Shown here piece by piece: positions 9,074 through 18,983 of a stretch of 64,000 nucleotides of DNA; positions within the stretch are counted from its first letter, which is position 1; each line of letters begins with the position of its first letter. Both the position numbers and the translations under genes were made by a program. The notes below the pieces were generated by a model that worked only from the letters and a program-made list of their open reading frames with translations, made no database searches and was not told the origin of the DNA. The stretch is from Smithellaceae bacterium (GTDB lineage: Bacteria; Desulfobacterota; Syntrophia; Syntrophales; Smithellaceae): positions 2,400,001 through 2,464,000 of the forward strand of contig CAXXVL010000002.1 of assembly GCA_963667845.2 (NCBI GenBank), given 5' to 3'.

Positions 9074-11470
9074 TTACGGCACACGGACCGTGATCAAATG
9101 CGGGTTGGCACTCTGGAAGTCCTCAACCACTTTGCTGCCGGAAACAAAACTCCACGATACGCTGCCGTTTGCCGCGGTAGTTAATTTGATGATGCCCTGG
9201 GCCGCAGGCGCAGCAGGAACATGGCCCGGCGGGAAAGAACCCTTGTAGGTTGTGCTGGTATATAATTTGATCGTGGCGTCGACCGATTTTCCCGGAGCGG
9301 GTGCAAAAAAACTGAGCGGCGTGCTGGCCCCGGAAATCCCCAGGACGGCCGCTCCTGTTCCATCCGTATCGATGGTCGCAAACATGAAGGGGTTGGTCGC
9401 ACTGATCGGTTTTCCCGTATCCATTTTTGTGGTGATAAAGAAGAAATTTCTGGCCGGATTGGCGATCGACGGCCGAGCGCTCAATTTCATCAGGGGCTTC
9501 CCGTCGAGTGCGATCGTGCCGTCGGTGTTGGCGTCGAAGGTCACGGCGAGAGGACTTTTGGAATCCCTGAGCGTGCCGCTTAAAATATCAAAATCGATCT
9601 TGTTGTCATGAACCTTGAAGGTAATGTCGTCCTTCGTATAGTCCTGTGCATACAGGATGCCGAAGTACTGCGCAATCTTCTGGCGGAAGTTGTCAGCCGT
9701 CCACGACCCGTCCGCCAGGTCGAAGATCCACTTCTCGGCCGATGCGAAGTCAAAATGCGTGTTTTGCGTTCCGTTATTGCTTTCATCTGTGAGCGGGTAG
9801 TACTGCACACTCCGGAAGTAAGCATCGGCGCCCGTCCAGTCGGCGCCCGGCGGGTAGCCGGACCAGCCGTCGCCCGCTTTCTGGCTCTCCGGCAGGTTGG
9901 CGTTGGTGTGGCAGGTTTGCCCGGCCGGACAATTCGGCTGATCCTTGAAGTCGAGCTTGTAGGGTACGTTTTTCGCCGCCTTGAAGGCAACGTAGTTCGC
10001 AAGATTGATCGAGACCTTGCCCAGGGCGTCGGTAAGCGACGTATCGGCCCAGGTGATGTTTCCCTGTGCGGCCTGCGTGCCTGAAGCCTTGATGGAAGGG
10101 TATTGATCCGGCGTAAAAACGGCCACGGGCGTGGAGCCCGCAATGTCCTTGCCGTCGTTTCCAGCATTGACGTAAAAGGCCACCCGCGTCTTTGTCCAGA
10201 CAATCGTATAGGTGCTGAGCGCCGTATAGGGGCTGTAGACCATACCGGGAAGCCAGGGATTGGGGAAGATGTAACTTTCGTTATTCAGCACGGCCGCTTC
10301 CCTGGACGGGACGCCCTCAATGCCTTTGATGATGTCGTTCCGGATGATGTATTTAAAGGTCTGCGTATCATGGCCGGGCAAATTCACGTCAATTGTTTGA
10401 TTCCCCTCGGGCGACCGCCACCAGTTAACCGTCAACATCTGCTTCATATTATATCCAGCCGGAACGGGACTGACAGCCGTCATGGGATATTTCCAGTTCA
10501 GCGCAAAGGTCCATCCCGGCTCCTTCCCCGCGGGCGTGCCGATCCATCCCGTCTGGTGGGAGTCACCGGTGGTCCTCTTGAGCCCTTCAAAGTTGAAATC
10601 CGTCTCAGCCAGATAGTATTTCGCAAGATCCGGATTGGTTCCGATCATCCAGCGGTTGTAAAAGTGCTGCATGTCGGCGGCGATGGTGTCGTCCGTCAGG
10701 TACCAGTTTTCGGTCCAGGTGATGGACTTGGGCGTCAGGTTCTGCGTCTCGAAGCTTTCCCAGTTGGCGATCTTCGCACCGTAATGCTTGACTGAAGGAT
10801 TCGGGAAACTCCCGGACATCGACTTGAATGAATTCTGCGTGGCCTGTGTGTAGGGCACGAATTCGAAATCAAATTCATTCCAGCGCCACAGCTGCCGGAT
10901 TTCCGGCATCGCTCCCGGCGCGGGTGCGTCGGAATACAGCCAGAAGGTAGAGCAGACCGGACCGTCGGCCGCCTGCATTTTAACGATGAACATGCCGTAG
11001 CCGAATTTCTTGAGGGATTTCAACTGGGCGGACAAGTAGTCACCGTAGCGGGCGAATTGGGCCCAGTCGGCGGTGGGGTCCAGACCCAAAGGAGTCAGAG
11101 CACCCGTATTGGCGCAGGTATTGAAGCTCTTCTCCGATTCATTGCCGGCCAGATCCAGTGCCGTGATTTTGAAGCAGTGCGTCGCCCTGGGTGTCAATCC
11201 CGACATCATTATTGAATTCGTGAAAGCTGTCGCCTGGAGAATGTCGTCCTTATAAATCCGGTATCCGACAACAGCCACATTATCGGTGGACGGCTTCCAG
11301 GACAGGGCAACCTGACTCGTCGAGCTGACGACGGCCCTCACCGAAGCCGGGATTGTGGGAGATTCAAGATCAAGAGGACTGCTGGAGCCGGAACAGCCAA
11401 GCAGCAGCAAAGTCAGAGACAAAAAAACAATAGCGGCGGCAGACAAGAGTATTTTCTTCATAAAACGCAC
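9074..11470 (-). CDS. Lipoprotein with fibronectin type III domain and divergent GH16-like glycoside hydrolase domain
   Basis: Lipobox LLGC; FN3 motif SWKPSTDNVAVVGYRIY; GH16-like FGYGMFIVKMQ..STFWLY..WNEFDFEF (ExDxE). Confidence 0.6.
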   Translation of the reverse strand: MRFMKKILLSAAAIVFLSLTLLLLGCSGSSSPLDLESPTIPASVRAVVSSTSQVALSWKPSTDNVAVVGYRIYKDDILQATAFTNSIMMSGLTPRATHCFKITALDLAGNESEKSFNTCANTGALTPLGLDPTADWAQFARYGDYLSAQLKSLKKFGYGMFIVKMQAADGPVCSTFWLYSDAPAPGAMPEIRQLWRWNEFDFEFVPYTQATQNSFKSMSGSFPNPSVKHYGAKIANWESFETQNLTPKSITWTENWYLTDDTIAADMQHFYNRWMIGTNPDLAKYYLAETDFNFEGLKRTTGDSHQTGWIGTPAGKEPGWTFALNWKYPMTAVSPVPAGYNMKQMLTVNWWRSPEGNQTIDVNLPGHDTQTFKYIIRNDIIKGIEGVPSREAAVLNNESYIFPNPWLPGMVYSPYTALSTYTIVWTKTRVAFYVNAGNDGKDIAGSTPVAVFTPDQYPSIKASGTQAAQGNITWADTSLTDALGKVSINLANYVAFKAAKNVPYKLDFKDQPNCPAGQTCHTNANLPESQKAGDGWSGYPPGADWTGADAYFRSVQYYPLTDESNNGTQNTHFDFASAEKWIFDLADGSWTADNFRQKIAQYFGILYAQDYTKDDITFKVHDNKIDFDILSGTLRDSKSPLAVTFDANTDGTIALDGKPLMKLSARPSIANPARNFFFITTKMDTGKPISATNPFMFATIDTDGTGAAVLGISGASTPLSFFAPAPGKSVDATIKLYTSTTYKGSFPPGHVPAAPAAQGIIKLTTAANGSVSWSFVSGSKVVEDFQSANPHLITVRVP

Positions 11471-11617
11471 GTGACCTTTCAGAACAAGTGGAATTGTTTT
11501 TGTGAAATTGCCGAGTTGATCGGACAGGAGTCCGGGTGAACGAAATGAACATCAGCCATACCGTCGATGTTTTTTTAAGCCGCCAACTGAAGGGCGATTG
11601 GCGGCCATGACGTTACA

Positions 11618-11646
11618 AGTATAGAGGACCACTGAAACAAAGTCAA
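11618..11646 (-). promoter_or_regulatory. sigma70-type promoter for the FN3/GH16-like gene
   Basis: TTGACT-N17-TATACT on the minus strand. Confidence 0.6.
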
Positions 11647-11670
11647 TTCCAAACCTCGGCCGGCGGTTAT

Positions 11671-11699
11671 TTGACATTCGGTCGCTTTTCTCCTATATT
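11671..11699 (+). promoter_or_regulatory. sigma70-type promoter for the AsmA gene, divergent from the previous one
   Basis: TTGACA-N17-TATATT. Confidence 0.6.
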
Positions 11700-11780
11700 T
11701 AATCAGGCTTGCCGTAAAAAAACCCGGCGGATTTCTTTTTTCAAGCCAATTTAAGACATAAAGGAAAGGCGGTAAGGGTT

Positions 11781-13220
11781 ATGTTGAAAAAGCTGCTCAT
11801 TGCAGTCGGCGTCATTTTTGCGATCACTGCCGTTGTCCTGATCGCAGCCGGGGTTATCATTTACCTCAAGGTGGACAAGGCGTTCGTCTCCTCGCAAATA
11901 TCGAAGGCGCTGAACCGGCAGGTCTCCATCGAAAAAATCGATATCAGCATTTTCTCCGTTCTTTCGGGAATCGAAATGAAGAACGTTGTCGTCTCGAACT
12001 TCAAAACGCCCCCGGAACTTACGACCCTTCAGGGCAAGCCGGTTGCCCAGGGAGATGTTTTTGCCGGCATGGAGGCATTCCGCTTTAAAGTAAAAATATT
12101 GCCGCTCCTCAGGCAGAAGATCGAGCTCAAAGAACTGGTTTTATACAGCCCGGTCATCAACCTGTCCCGAAATAAGCAGGGTGTGATGAATATTGACGAC
12201 CTGATCAAGTCCAAAAAACCTGCGGATAAGGAAACGAAAGATGCGCCGCAGAAGGAGCCGGCCGGACCCATCTCCGCGGACGATATCCCCGTGGCGATTG
12301 CCGTGGGCGAGATCGGGATGAAAAACGGAACCATCAACTACTACGACGGTGAATACGATCAGAAAATTCAGATTTATAAACTTACGGTCCTGGCTTATGA
12401 CATCGCCGTCGATCCGAAAAATCTGGAAAAGAAAGATGAAATGAAAGTCAAGCTCGACATGGGCGTTCGAACGGTCGGAGCGCTGAAGTCCGGCAGCGTC
12501 GAGAACTTTGATGTCACGCTTAATGCCGCGGGGAGGGTGATACCGTTTGACGTAAAGACCCGGCTCCTGGAGCCGGAGGCGATCCTGCATGTTGCCGTTC
12601 CGGAAGGCGAGATCACCGGATTGCAGCTCTTCCAGGCTGTGGCCGCTGTTCCGATTCTGGGGGATTACCTCGGTGAACACCTGCAGTTTCTCAAAGGCAA
12701 ACAGCAGTGGAAAGGATCGAGTCAGAATAGTCTTGACCTGCATTACAGGCAGGCGATGGCGCAGATTACCAAAGGCAGACTGAATCTCAAAGATGCCGAC
12801 ATCCTCTTTGACGGCGGGATGAACATCGACACGAAAGCGATTGACATGAATCTGGAACTGGTGCTGGCTAAGGAATTGAACGAAGCCATACGGACGACGC
12901 TTAGCAAAAAGATCGAGTCCGCTGTCGGCGGTTCTGATGTGAAGAAATACGTGGATCCGGCAAGGCTTGCCGGCATTGCCATGACGCCGCTCCTCAACCG
13001 CGACGGCCGGATTGATTTAAAGGCAAAAGTCGTAGGCACCACGAAGAAGCCGGATGTAAAGATTACACAGCCGCCGCTCGGGTCGCTGAGCAGCCTGGTT
13101 CAGGACCAGACCGGCAGCCTGGCCGTTGAAGCCGGAAAGAGTGTCGCGAGACAGCTGCTTAAAGAAGAAGACCAGAAAAAGGTTCTCGAAGAGGTCGAGG
13201 GGCTGTTCAAGAAGAAATAA
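11781..13220 (+). CDS. AsmA-family membrane-anchored protein
   Basis: N-terminal TM, ISKALNRQVSI, KILPLLRQKIELKELVLYSPVINLSRN..G.MNIDDL. Confidence 0.8.
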   Translation: MLKKLLIAVGVIFAITAVVLIAAGVIIYLKVDKAFVSSQISKALNRQVSIEKIDISIFSVLSGIEMKNVVVSNFKTPPELTTLQGKPVAQGDVFAGMEAFRFKVKILPLLRQKIELKELVLYSPVINLSRNKQGVMNIDDLIKSKKPADKETKDAPQKEPAGPISADDIPVAIAVGEIGMKNGTINYYDGEYDQKIQIYKLTVLAYDIAVDPKNLEKKDEMKVKLDMGVRTVGALKSGSVENFDVTLNAAGRVIPFDVKTRLLEPEAILHVAVPEGEITGLQLFQAVAAVPILGDYLGEHLQFLKGKQQWKGSSQNSLDLHYRQAMAQITKGRLNLKDADILFDGGMNIDTKAIDMNLELVLAKELNEAIRTTLSKKIESAVGGSDVKKYVDPARLAGIAMTPLLNRDGRIDLKAKVVGTTKKPDVKITQPPLGSLSSLVQDQTGSLAVEAGKSVARQLLKEEDQKKVLEEVEGLFKKK

Positions 13221-13340
13221 ATTCACAGCAAAGCCCGGACTCCCGCCGCCTGACCGGGGAAAGGAAGGGCCGGCTCCGGTTTTCCCGCCCGCGGCTTTGC
13301 CTGCTTGCGGGACCCCGATAACAAATGGAAGGAACTGGTG

Positions 13341-14111
13341 ATGAGCAAGTTAATTGATCTGTCTGTAGCAATAGAAAGCGGGCTTCCCAGCGACCCGCCG
13401 ATGATGATACCAAAAATCATGTACGTCGATCACGCCATGGGCGCTGCGAGCATGAAGACGTTTTTCCCGGGAGCGGGCGACGGCGATCTGCCGGGCGGAC
13501 TGGGATGGGCAGTCGAAATCCTGGAGGTTTCGACGCATGCCGGCACGCACATGGATGCCCCCTGGCATTTTCACCCAACACAGGATCAGGGCAAGCCGTC
13601 CATGACGATTGATCAGTTCCCGCTCGAGTGGGGGGTAGGAAACGGCGTAAAGCTCGATTTTTCCGGTTTTCCGGATGGGTACAACCTTAAGGCCCGGGAT
13701 GTAAAAGCAAAGCTCGGTGAGATCGGCCACACGCTGGCTCCGGGGGATGTTCTCCTGGCGCAAAGCGGAGCGGCGCCGTACTGGGGCATGCCCGAATATC
13801 TTCTGAAGGGCTGCGGATTCAGCCGGGAGGCGACGCTCTGGATCCTGGATCAGGGGGTGCACATTGTCGGAACGGACGGCTGGAGCTGGGACCGGCCGCT
13901 TCCTTTCCAGGCGGAAGAATTCGGCCGGACGAAGGATGCTTCGCTGATCTGGGAGGGGCATTTTGCCGGTATTGAAAAAGGTTATTTCCAGATTGAAAAA
14001 CTGACCAATCTCGATCAGCTCCCGGCAACGGGATTTAAATTCTATTGTTTTCCGGTGAAAATCAAGGCAGCCAGCGCCGGCTGGATCAGGGCCGTCGCCG
14101 AAATACCATAG
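13341..14111 (+). CDS. Cyclase/kynurenine formamidase-like metal hydrolase
   Basis: LIDLS start, HAGTHMDAPWHF (HxGTHxDxPxH), QIEKLTNLDQL. Confidence 0.9.
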   Translation: MSKLIDLSVAIESGLPSDPPMMIPKIMYVDHAMGAASMKTFFPGAGDGDLPGGLGWAVEILEVSTHAGTHMDAPWHFHPTQDQGKPSMTIDQFPLEWGVGNGVKLDFSGFPDGYNLKARDVKAKLGEIGHTLAPGDVLLAQSGAAPYWGMPEYLLKGCGFSREATLWILDQGVHIVGTDGWSWDRPLPFQAEEFGRTKDASLIWEGHFAGIEKGYFQIEKLTNLDQLPATGFKFYCFPVKIKAASAGWIRAVAEIP

Positions 14112-14236
14112 CCCCGGGGTTTTGCCTGAATTGTTCCGGCCCGGCTTGACTTAAACGGCATCTGCCGATTCTCCGAAAGGGCGGCAATCACGACGGCCGG
14201 AACGAACACACGGGAACAAAGCGGATCAGATGAACT

Positions 14237-14767
14237 CTACAGTGTTCCATCAAGAACGTCGGCAATCTCTTTTTTGCAAGCCCGGCAGCGTTTCGCGCCT
14301 CTGAAGAGGGGCTTCCCGCAGGCAGGACAATGATAGCGCCGGAGCTCTTCTCGTGCCCATTCTTCACTGCCTTTCTCGTCACCGAGATCGGCCACTTTGG
14401 CACGCCATAAGGGGATTGTTCTTTTCATGACGCGCCGGCCGGTGGCCAGGCCGAAATTTTCGATCAGGCTGCAGGGCCACTCAGTGCATTGATGGCAGGA
14501 GTAGTAACCTTTTCCCCGGACGCAATTTCTGATCGTGCACATCGTGCAGTACCCGTAGAGCTTCTTCGGCGGATCGCTTTGCATGCAGCCGTAACATTCC
14601 GTGTCGCAGGCCTTCGTCTGATAGAGGTTGCCCATGACCTCCTTAAACTTTTCGTTCTTGTCTCTTGTCGCGATGTAGACTCCGCATGCTCCGCAATACA
14701 GGCCGCAGGGAGCCATCAGGGCCTTATCCTTTATTTCGTCTTCCGTCCAACCTTCCATAATGGTCAT
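14237..14767 (-). CDS. Cys-rich DUF3795-like protein
   Basis: APCGLYCGAC..CYGC..CTIRNC..CHQCTEWPC plus C-terminal CPAC..CRAC. Confidence 0.8.
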   Translation of the reverse strand: MTIMEGWTEDEIKDKALMAPCGLYCGACGVYIATRDKNEKFKEVMGNLYQTKACDTECYGCMQSDPPKKLYGYCTMCTIRNCVRGKGYYSCHQCTEWPCSLIENFGLATGRRVMKRTIPLWRAKVADLGDEKGSEEWAREELRRYHCPACGKPLFRGAKRCRACKKEIADVLDGTL

Positions 14768-14924
14768 GCCTCATTCGGAGTTTGCCGAAAATTTAATTGT
14801 TTTCCCGATACCGACAAATAGTTCCATCAGTTTTTATCACGGACTAAGAACCGCTTCAATCCTTTTGCATAGCAAGGATGGGCAGGCAATAGAATATTGA
14901 AGAAAATCCGGGATAGAAAGAGGA

Positions 14925-15575
14925 TCAGTCATCCTCTATATTTTCCTGAATATACAGGCGGCCGTCATCCAGACCATAGGCCAGCAGATGGCCGTATCCT
15001 TCCTGGTGGTAGCAGCAGCCGTTGTCAATGTTGATTCTATTGGTCGTGAGACTCGTGATGATCTTATCGAGCTTCAGGGGGGTATGGCCGCAGACAACCC
15101 GTTTCTTTCCCGAATAGGTCTTTCCGCGCCCCCAGAGCATGGATTCTTCGCCCATTTCACCGAACGGATCCGTGAGCGAAAAGTCAAATTCTCCATGGAC
15201 AAGCAGGTAATCGTCGAGCTCAGCATACAGGGGGAGGGCGCTGAGGAAATCCAGATAGGGCCGGGGATCCGTGTCGCCGAAACTGTTCAATCTCGCCAGA
15301 ATGCCGTCTTCCATCCAATAATTATAGTGGAAAAAATTCCGCCGGTCCATACCGGCGCCGGCTGTTTTCAGCCAGAGATCTTCATGGTTGCCGCGAAGGG
15401 CCATCATACGGCAGTTCAGGTTCATCATCGTATCGAGGACGCCCTTGCTGTCGGGACCGCGATCGATATAATCCCCCAGAAAATAGAGCTGGTCTGTTTC
15501 CCTGATCTGCATCTTATCGAGCAAGCCGCGAAAGGTTTTGCAGCAGCCGTGGATATCGGCAATAGCGTAACGCAT
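14925..15575 (-). CDS. Metallophosphoesterase (PPP Ser/Thr phosphatase-like)
   Basis: ADIHG, GDYIDRG, RGNHE, GHTP, IDNG; start placed at MRYAIADIHG. Confidence 0.9.
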   Translation of the reverse strand: MRYAIADIHGCCKTFRGLLDKMQIRETDQLYFLGDYIDRGPDSKGVLDTMMNLNCRMMALRGNHEDLWLKTAGAGMDRRNFFHYNYWMEDGILARLNSFGDTDPRPYLDFLSALPLYAELDDYLLVHGEFDFSLTDPFGEMGEESMLWGRGKTYSGKKRVVCGHTPLKLDKIITSLTTNRINIDNGCCYHQEGYGHLLAYGLDDGRLYIQENIEDD

Positions 15576-15772
15576 CTTTAACATCATCCCGGAAATTTCT
15601 GGCGTTTTCCATATCACATCTTGTGCCGTTTTGCATGCCCAACGACAATCGGGGAACCGCCGGGCCAGGGAAGGGCCGGGTGCTTTTTTTCGCTGACACA
15701 AAAACCAGTCCGCCGCAATTTATTCAATGATGGAGAATGCGCATGATGCGGTCATTTTCGCTTCTTGGCGAT

Positions 15773-16513
15773 TCAGCTGAAATAAAGGCCGCCGTCCACA
15801 TTGATCGTCTGTCCGCTCATATAGCCGTTTTCGGCCAGCATCAGCGCGACATCCGCCACTTCATCCACGGTGCCGAGCCGCCCTACGGGGATCAGGCCGG
15901 CTCTGGCCCGGGCGGCTTCGCTCACCATGTCCGTGATGATCAATGCCGGGGCAATGGCATTGACGGTGATGCCTTCCTTGACCAGGAGGGAAGCATAGGA
16001 ATGGGTCAGTCCCAGGATGCCCGCCTTGGAAGCGGCGTAATGGGGGCCGACGATGCCTCCCGTATGAGCGGCCACCGAGGAGATGTTGATGATTCTTCCC
16101 CACTGCTGGGCGCGCATTCCCGGAATCACCGCCTGCGTCACAAGAAAGCAGGATTTCAGATTGACGGCAATCGTCTCGTCCCACAGCTGTTCGTCAATCT
16201 CATCCAGACGCCTGGCCCTGGCCATCCCGGCATTGTTGACCAGGATTGATAGGGTCCCCAGGTGTTCCTGAACGGCGCTGACCATCCCTGAAACTGACGC
16301 TGCCGTGCTGACATCGGCCTGAACAGCAAAAGCCCGGCAGCCCTGGGCTTTGATGATCTCGCAAACCTCCCGGGCCTCTTTTTCATGCGATAGATAATTC
16401 ACGGCCACGTCCACCCCCGCCTTGGCAAGTCCTTCGGCGATGGCCCGGCCGATACCCCGGCCGCCGCCGGTGACAAGGGCAATCCGGCCCTTTATTTCGT
16501 TTGTCGGCATCAA
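15773..16513 (-). CDS. Short-chain dehydrogenase/reductase (FabG-like)
   Basis: TGGGRGIG, NNAG, YAASK. Confidence 0.95.
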   Translation of the reverse strand: MMPTNEIKGRIALVTGGGRGIGRAIAEGLAKAGVDVAVNYLSHEKEAREVCEIIKAQGCRAFAVQADVSTAASVSGMVSAVQEHLGTLSILVNNAGMARARRLDEIDEQLWDETIAVNLKSCFLVTQAVIPGMRAQQWGRIINISSVAAHTGGIVGPHYAASKAGILGLTHSYASLLVKEGITVNAIAPALIITDMVSEAARARAGLIPVGRLGTVDEVADVALMLAENGYMSGQTINVDGGLYFS

Positions 16514-17304
16514 TCACCTCCCTGGATCATATCGATGAACTCGGGCAACATCAGGATCTTGACCTGTTTGTCCTTCGGCATGTTGAAAACCGCCTGAAAG
16601 TAGCATCCGGTACAGATGTGAACCATGCAATCCGTTTTGACGTGACTGATCATGTGGGCGAGGCCTTCCGGCTTATAGCAGCAGGCGGGTGCGCTGATCC
16701 GATTCAGGGAAAGTCCCTCGATCTTCTGAAAAACTACATTCGTCGATTTCAGGTCCATGGGGACCTTGGCAAAATTCTGGTGGAGTTTGTAGCAGCCGGC
16801 GTAATAGTCGATTTCCTGCGGCCATTGCAGTTCGCCCGTCACTTCGGCCAGGGCCTGGGGATAAAAGACGATATCCTCCTCGGGAAAGGCATATTTGTAA
16901 ATGGGATAGCAGGGAGAGCAGAAGAGGATCAGTCTACGGCCCCCCAGTTTCTTCATCTGCTCGATATTCAATCCGGCAAATTCTTTTGAATAAGACCGGC
17001 ATTGGGCCATGGCCTCCTCGTCTTTGGCCTTGATCGCCGGGCGATAGAGGTAGTTTCCGCAGCAGTATTCTTTGGACAGAAAGGTAAAATCCATGCCGCC
17101 GCGTTCCAGTATGCGGGAAAACTTTTGGAGAACCTGCGGCATCAGCCGGAGATTCTGGCAGCCCATGATGACAACATTCCGGGCCGGCCGGTCATAAGGC
17201 AGACCCAGCGAATCCATGATTTCAACCCGGTTCGGCTGATCCTCAAGGGCATGGCCGGTGGCACGGATATGTTCAACCATCTTTTGGTCGATCAAGGTGT
17301 GCAT
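16510..17304 (-). CDS. CCG-domain Fe-S protein (HdrB/GlpC-like)
   Basis: EYCCG, CSPC, YYAGC, ACC, CTGC; 4-bp overlap with the SDR gene. Confidence 0.75.
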   Translation of the reverse strand: MHTLIDQKMVEHIRATGHALEDQPNRVEIMDSLGLPYDRPARNVVIMGCQNLRLMPQVLQKFSRILERGGMDFTFLSKEYCCGNYLYRPAIKAKDEEAMAQCRSYSKEFAGLNIEQMKKLGGRRLILFCSPCYPIYKYAFPEEDIVFYPQALAEVTGELQWPQEIDYYAGCYKLHQNFAKVPMDLKSTNVVFQKIEGLSLNRISAPACCYKPEGLAHMISHVKTDCMVHICTGCYFQAVFNMPKDKQVKILMLPEFIDMIQGGD

Positions 17305-17382
17305 GATTCCTCCTCCGCAGAACGATGGCGCCGAAGGCCCGTCAATTGGATTTTCGAAGAGATATTGCTTCTATGAAGAGGA

Positions 17383-17411
17383 ACTATAAGGAGGTGAGCC
17401 GGGTGTGTCAA
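17383..17411 (-). promoter_or_regulatory. sigma70-type promoter of the CCG-SDR operon
   Basis: TTGACA-N17-TATAGT on the minus strand. Confidence 0.65.
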
Positions 17412-17473
17412 TCAAATATTGCCGCTCATTCTTTCTGACAACCCCCGGATAGTGCTTTTCCGTCATTAATTCA

Positions 17474-17502
17474 TTGACAGGCCAGTCCGTATTTTCTATA
17501 GT
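17474..17502 (+). promoter_or_regulatory. sigma70-type promoter of the MFS gene
   Basis: TTGACA-N17-TATAGT. Confidence 0.65.
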
Positions 17503-17560
17503 CGCAGCCACAAAAGCCGGTCCGATCATATAGAAATCCTTCCATACCGTGTGGGTATTT

Positions 17561-18817
17561 ATGGCAAAACCGTTCTCCCCTCATTACCGCTGGTTCATTT
17601 TCGCGCTCTGCGCCGCAATCTTTATTATCTCCCAATTCTGGCGTGTCTCCAACGCTGTCGTTGCCAGCGACCTGAGCCATGACCTGGGTCTTTCCACGGA
17701 GAGTCTGGGATTACTCGGCGGCGCCTTTTTCTATAGCTTTTGCCTGGCGCAGCTGCCCATGGGATTCCTGCTGGACCGTTTCGGGGCCCGCGCCGTCATG
17801 AGCGGGCTGGCCTGCATCGGGGCGGCAAGTGCGATAATCTTTGCCCTCGCCGGCAGCGGCACCGCGGCGATATTGGCCCGGGCGGGAATCGGCATCGGGA
17901 TGGCCGCCGCCTTGATGGGCTCCTATAAAATATTTACCACCTGGTTTTCTCCTCATGAATTTGCCACCTTATCCGGCATCATGATCGCGCTGGGGAACAT
18001 GGGGGCTATGGGCGCCACCGCTCCGCTGGCCTTGCTGAGTGAAATCCTTGGCTGGCGCGGAGCTTTTCTCTGCATGGCCGTGATAACTTTGCTTCTGGCG
18101 GCTGCAATTTACCTGGTGGTCCGCGATCATCCGCAGAGGCCTGCAGGCCTGCCGCTTCCTGCCCCGCCCTCCGGGAGTGGCGTTTTTTCGGGACTCCGAA
18201 CCGTTCTGGGCAGCGGCCGTTTCTGGTGCCTGGCCCCGCTTGCCTTCGCTTCCTACGGCGTCATGATAACCATTCTGGGATTATGGGGCGGGCCTTACCT
18301 GATGCACGTCTGCGGCCTCAGTAAGACTCATGCCAGCGTTATTCTGCTGGCGACTCCGGTCGGGGCCGTTTGCGGTGCGCCTCTCTGGGGTCGTTTGTCC
18401 GATATCCTGAGGCGGCGAAAATTCCTGATTCTGATTGTGCAGGGGGTTTCATTGCTTCTCCTTTTCAGCATGATCATGGATCTGCAATTACCCCGCTGGG
18501 GCTTGCTCATGCAATACTGGCTGTTTGGTTTTGCCGGCGTTTCTTCTACGCTTCTTTACGTCCAGGTAAAAGAGACCTTTCCCCTCTCCATTGCCGGAAC
18601 CGCTCTGACCGGGCTGAATTTTTTTCTCATGCTGGGCGGCGCCGTCTTTCAGCACATGATGGGCATTATCATGGGGCACTGGACGCCGTCAGCAACCGGC
18701 GCTTTGCCTTTAGTGGCCTACCAGTGGGGCTTCGGCGTATCTGCCGCGGTGCTGGCTCTGACACTGATCGCATACATCGGCAGCCACGACACCACGCCGG
18801 AATCTGCGATGCCTTGA
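17561..18817 (+). CDS. MFS transporter
   Basis: About 12 TM; motif A GFLLDRFGAR and GRLSDILRRRK. Confidence 0.92.
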   Translation: MAKPFSPHYRWFIFALCAAIFIISQFWRVSNAVVASDLSHDLGLSTESLGLLGGAFFYSFCLAQLPMGFLLDRFGARAVMSGLACIGAASAIIFALAGSGTAAILARAGIGIGMAAALMGSYKIFTTWFSPHEFATLSGIMIALGNMGAMGATAPLALLSEILGWRGAFLCMAVITLLLAAAIYLVVRDHPQRPAGLPLPAPPSGSGVFSGLRTVLGSGRFWCLAPLAFASYGVMITILGLWGGPYLMHVCGLSKTHASVILLATPVGAVCGAPLWGRLSDILRRRKFLILIVQGVSLLLLFSMIMDLQLPRWGLLMQYWLFGFAGVSSTLLYVQVKETFPLSIAGTALTGLNFFLMLGGAVFQHMMGIIMGHWTPSATGALPLVAYQWGFGVSAAVLALTLIAYIGSHDTTPESAMP

Positions 18818-18983
18818 TCCTGGGGGAGGTCTGTCTGAAAGGCCATTTTGCCCCGGCAGAGAGCCCCGGAGAGCCTGCAGCCGGATTACGGAAATATCAT
18901 GCTTGTCGATAGCAACTTCTTTTGGCGAAATTACTCCGGATGGCGCGGGCCGTGAGCCCCGCGCCCCTTGCAGAAGAATAGAT

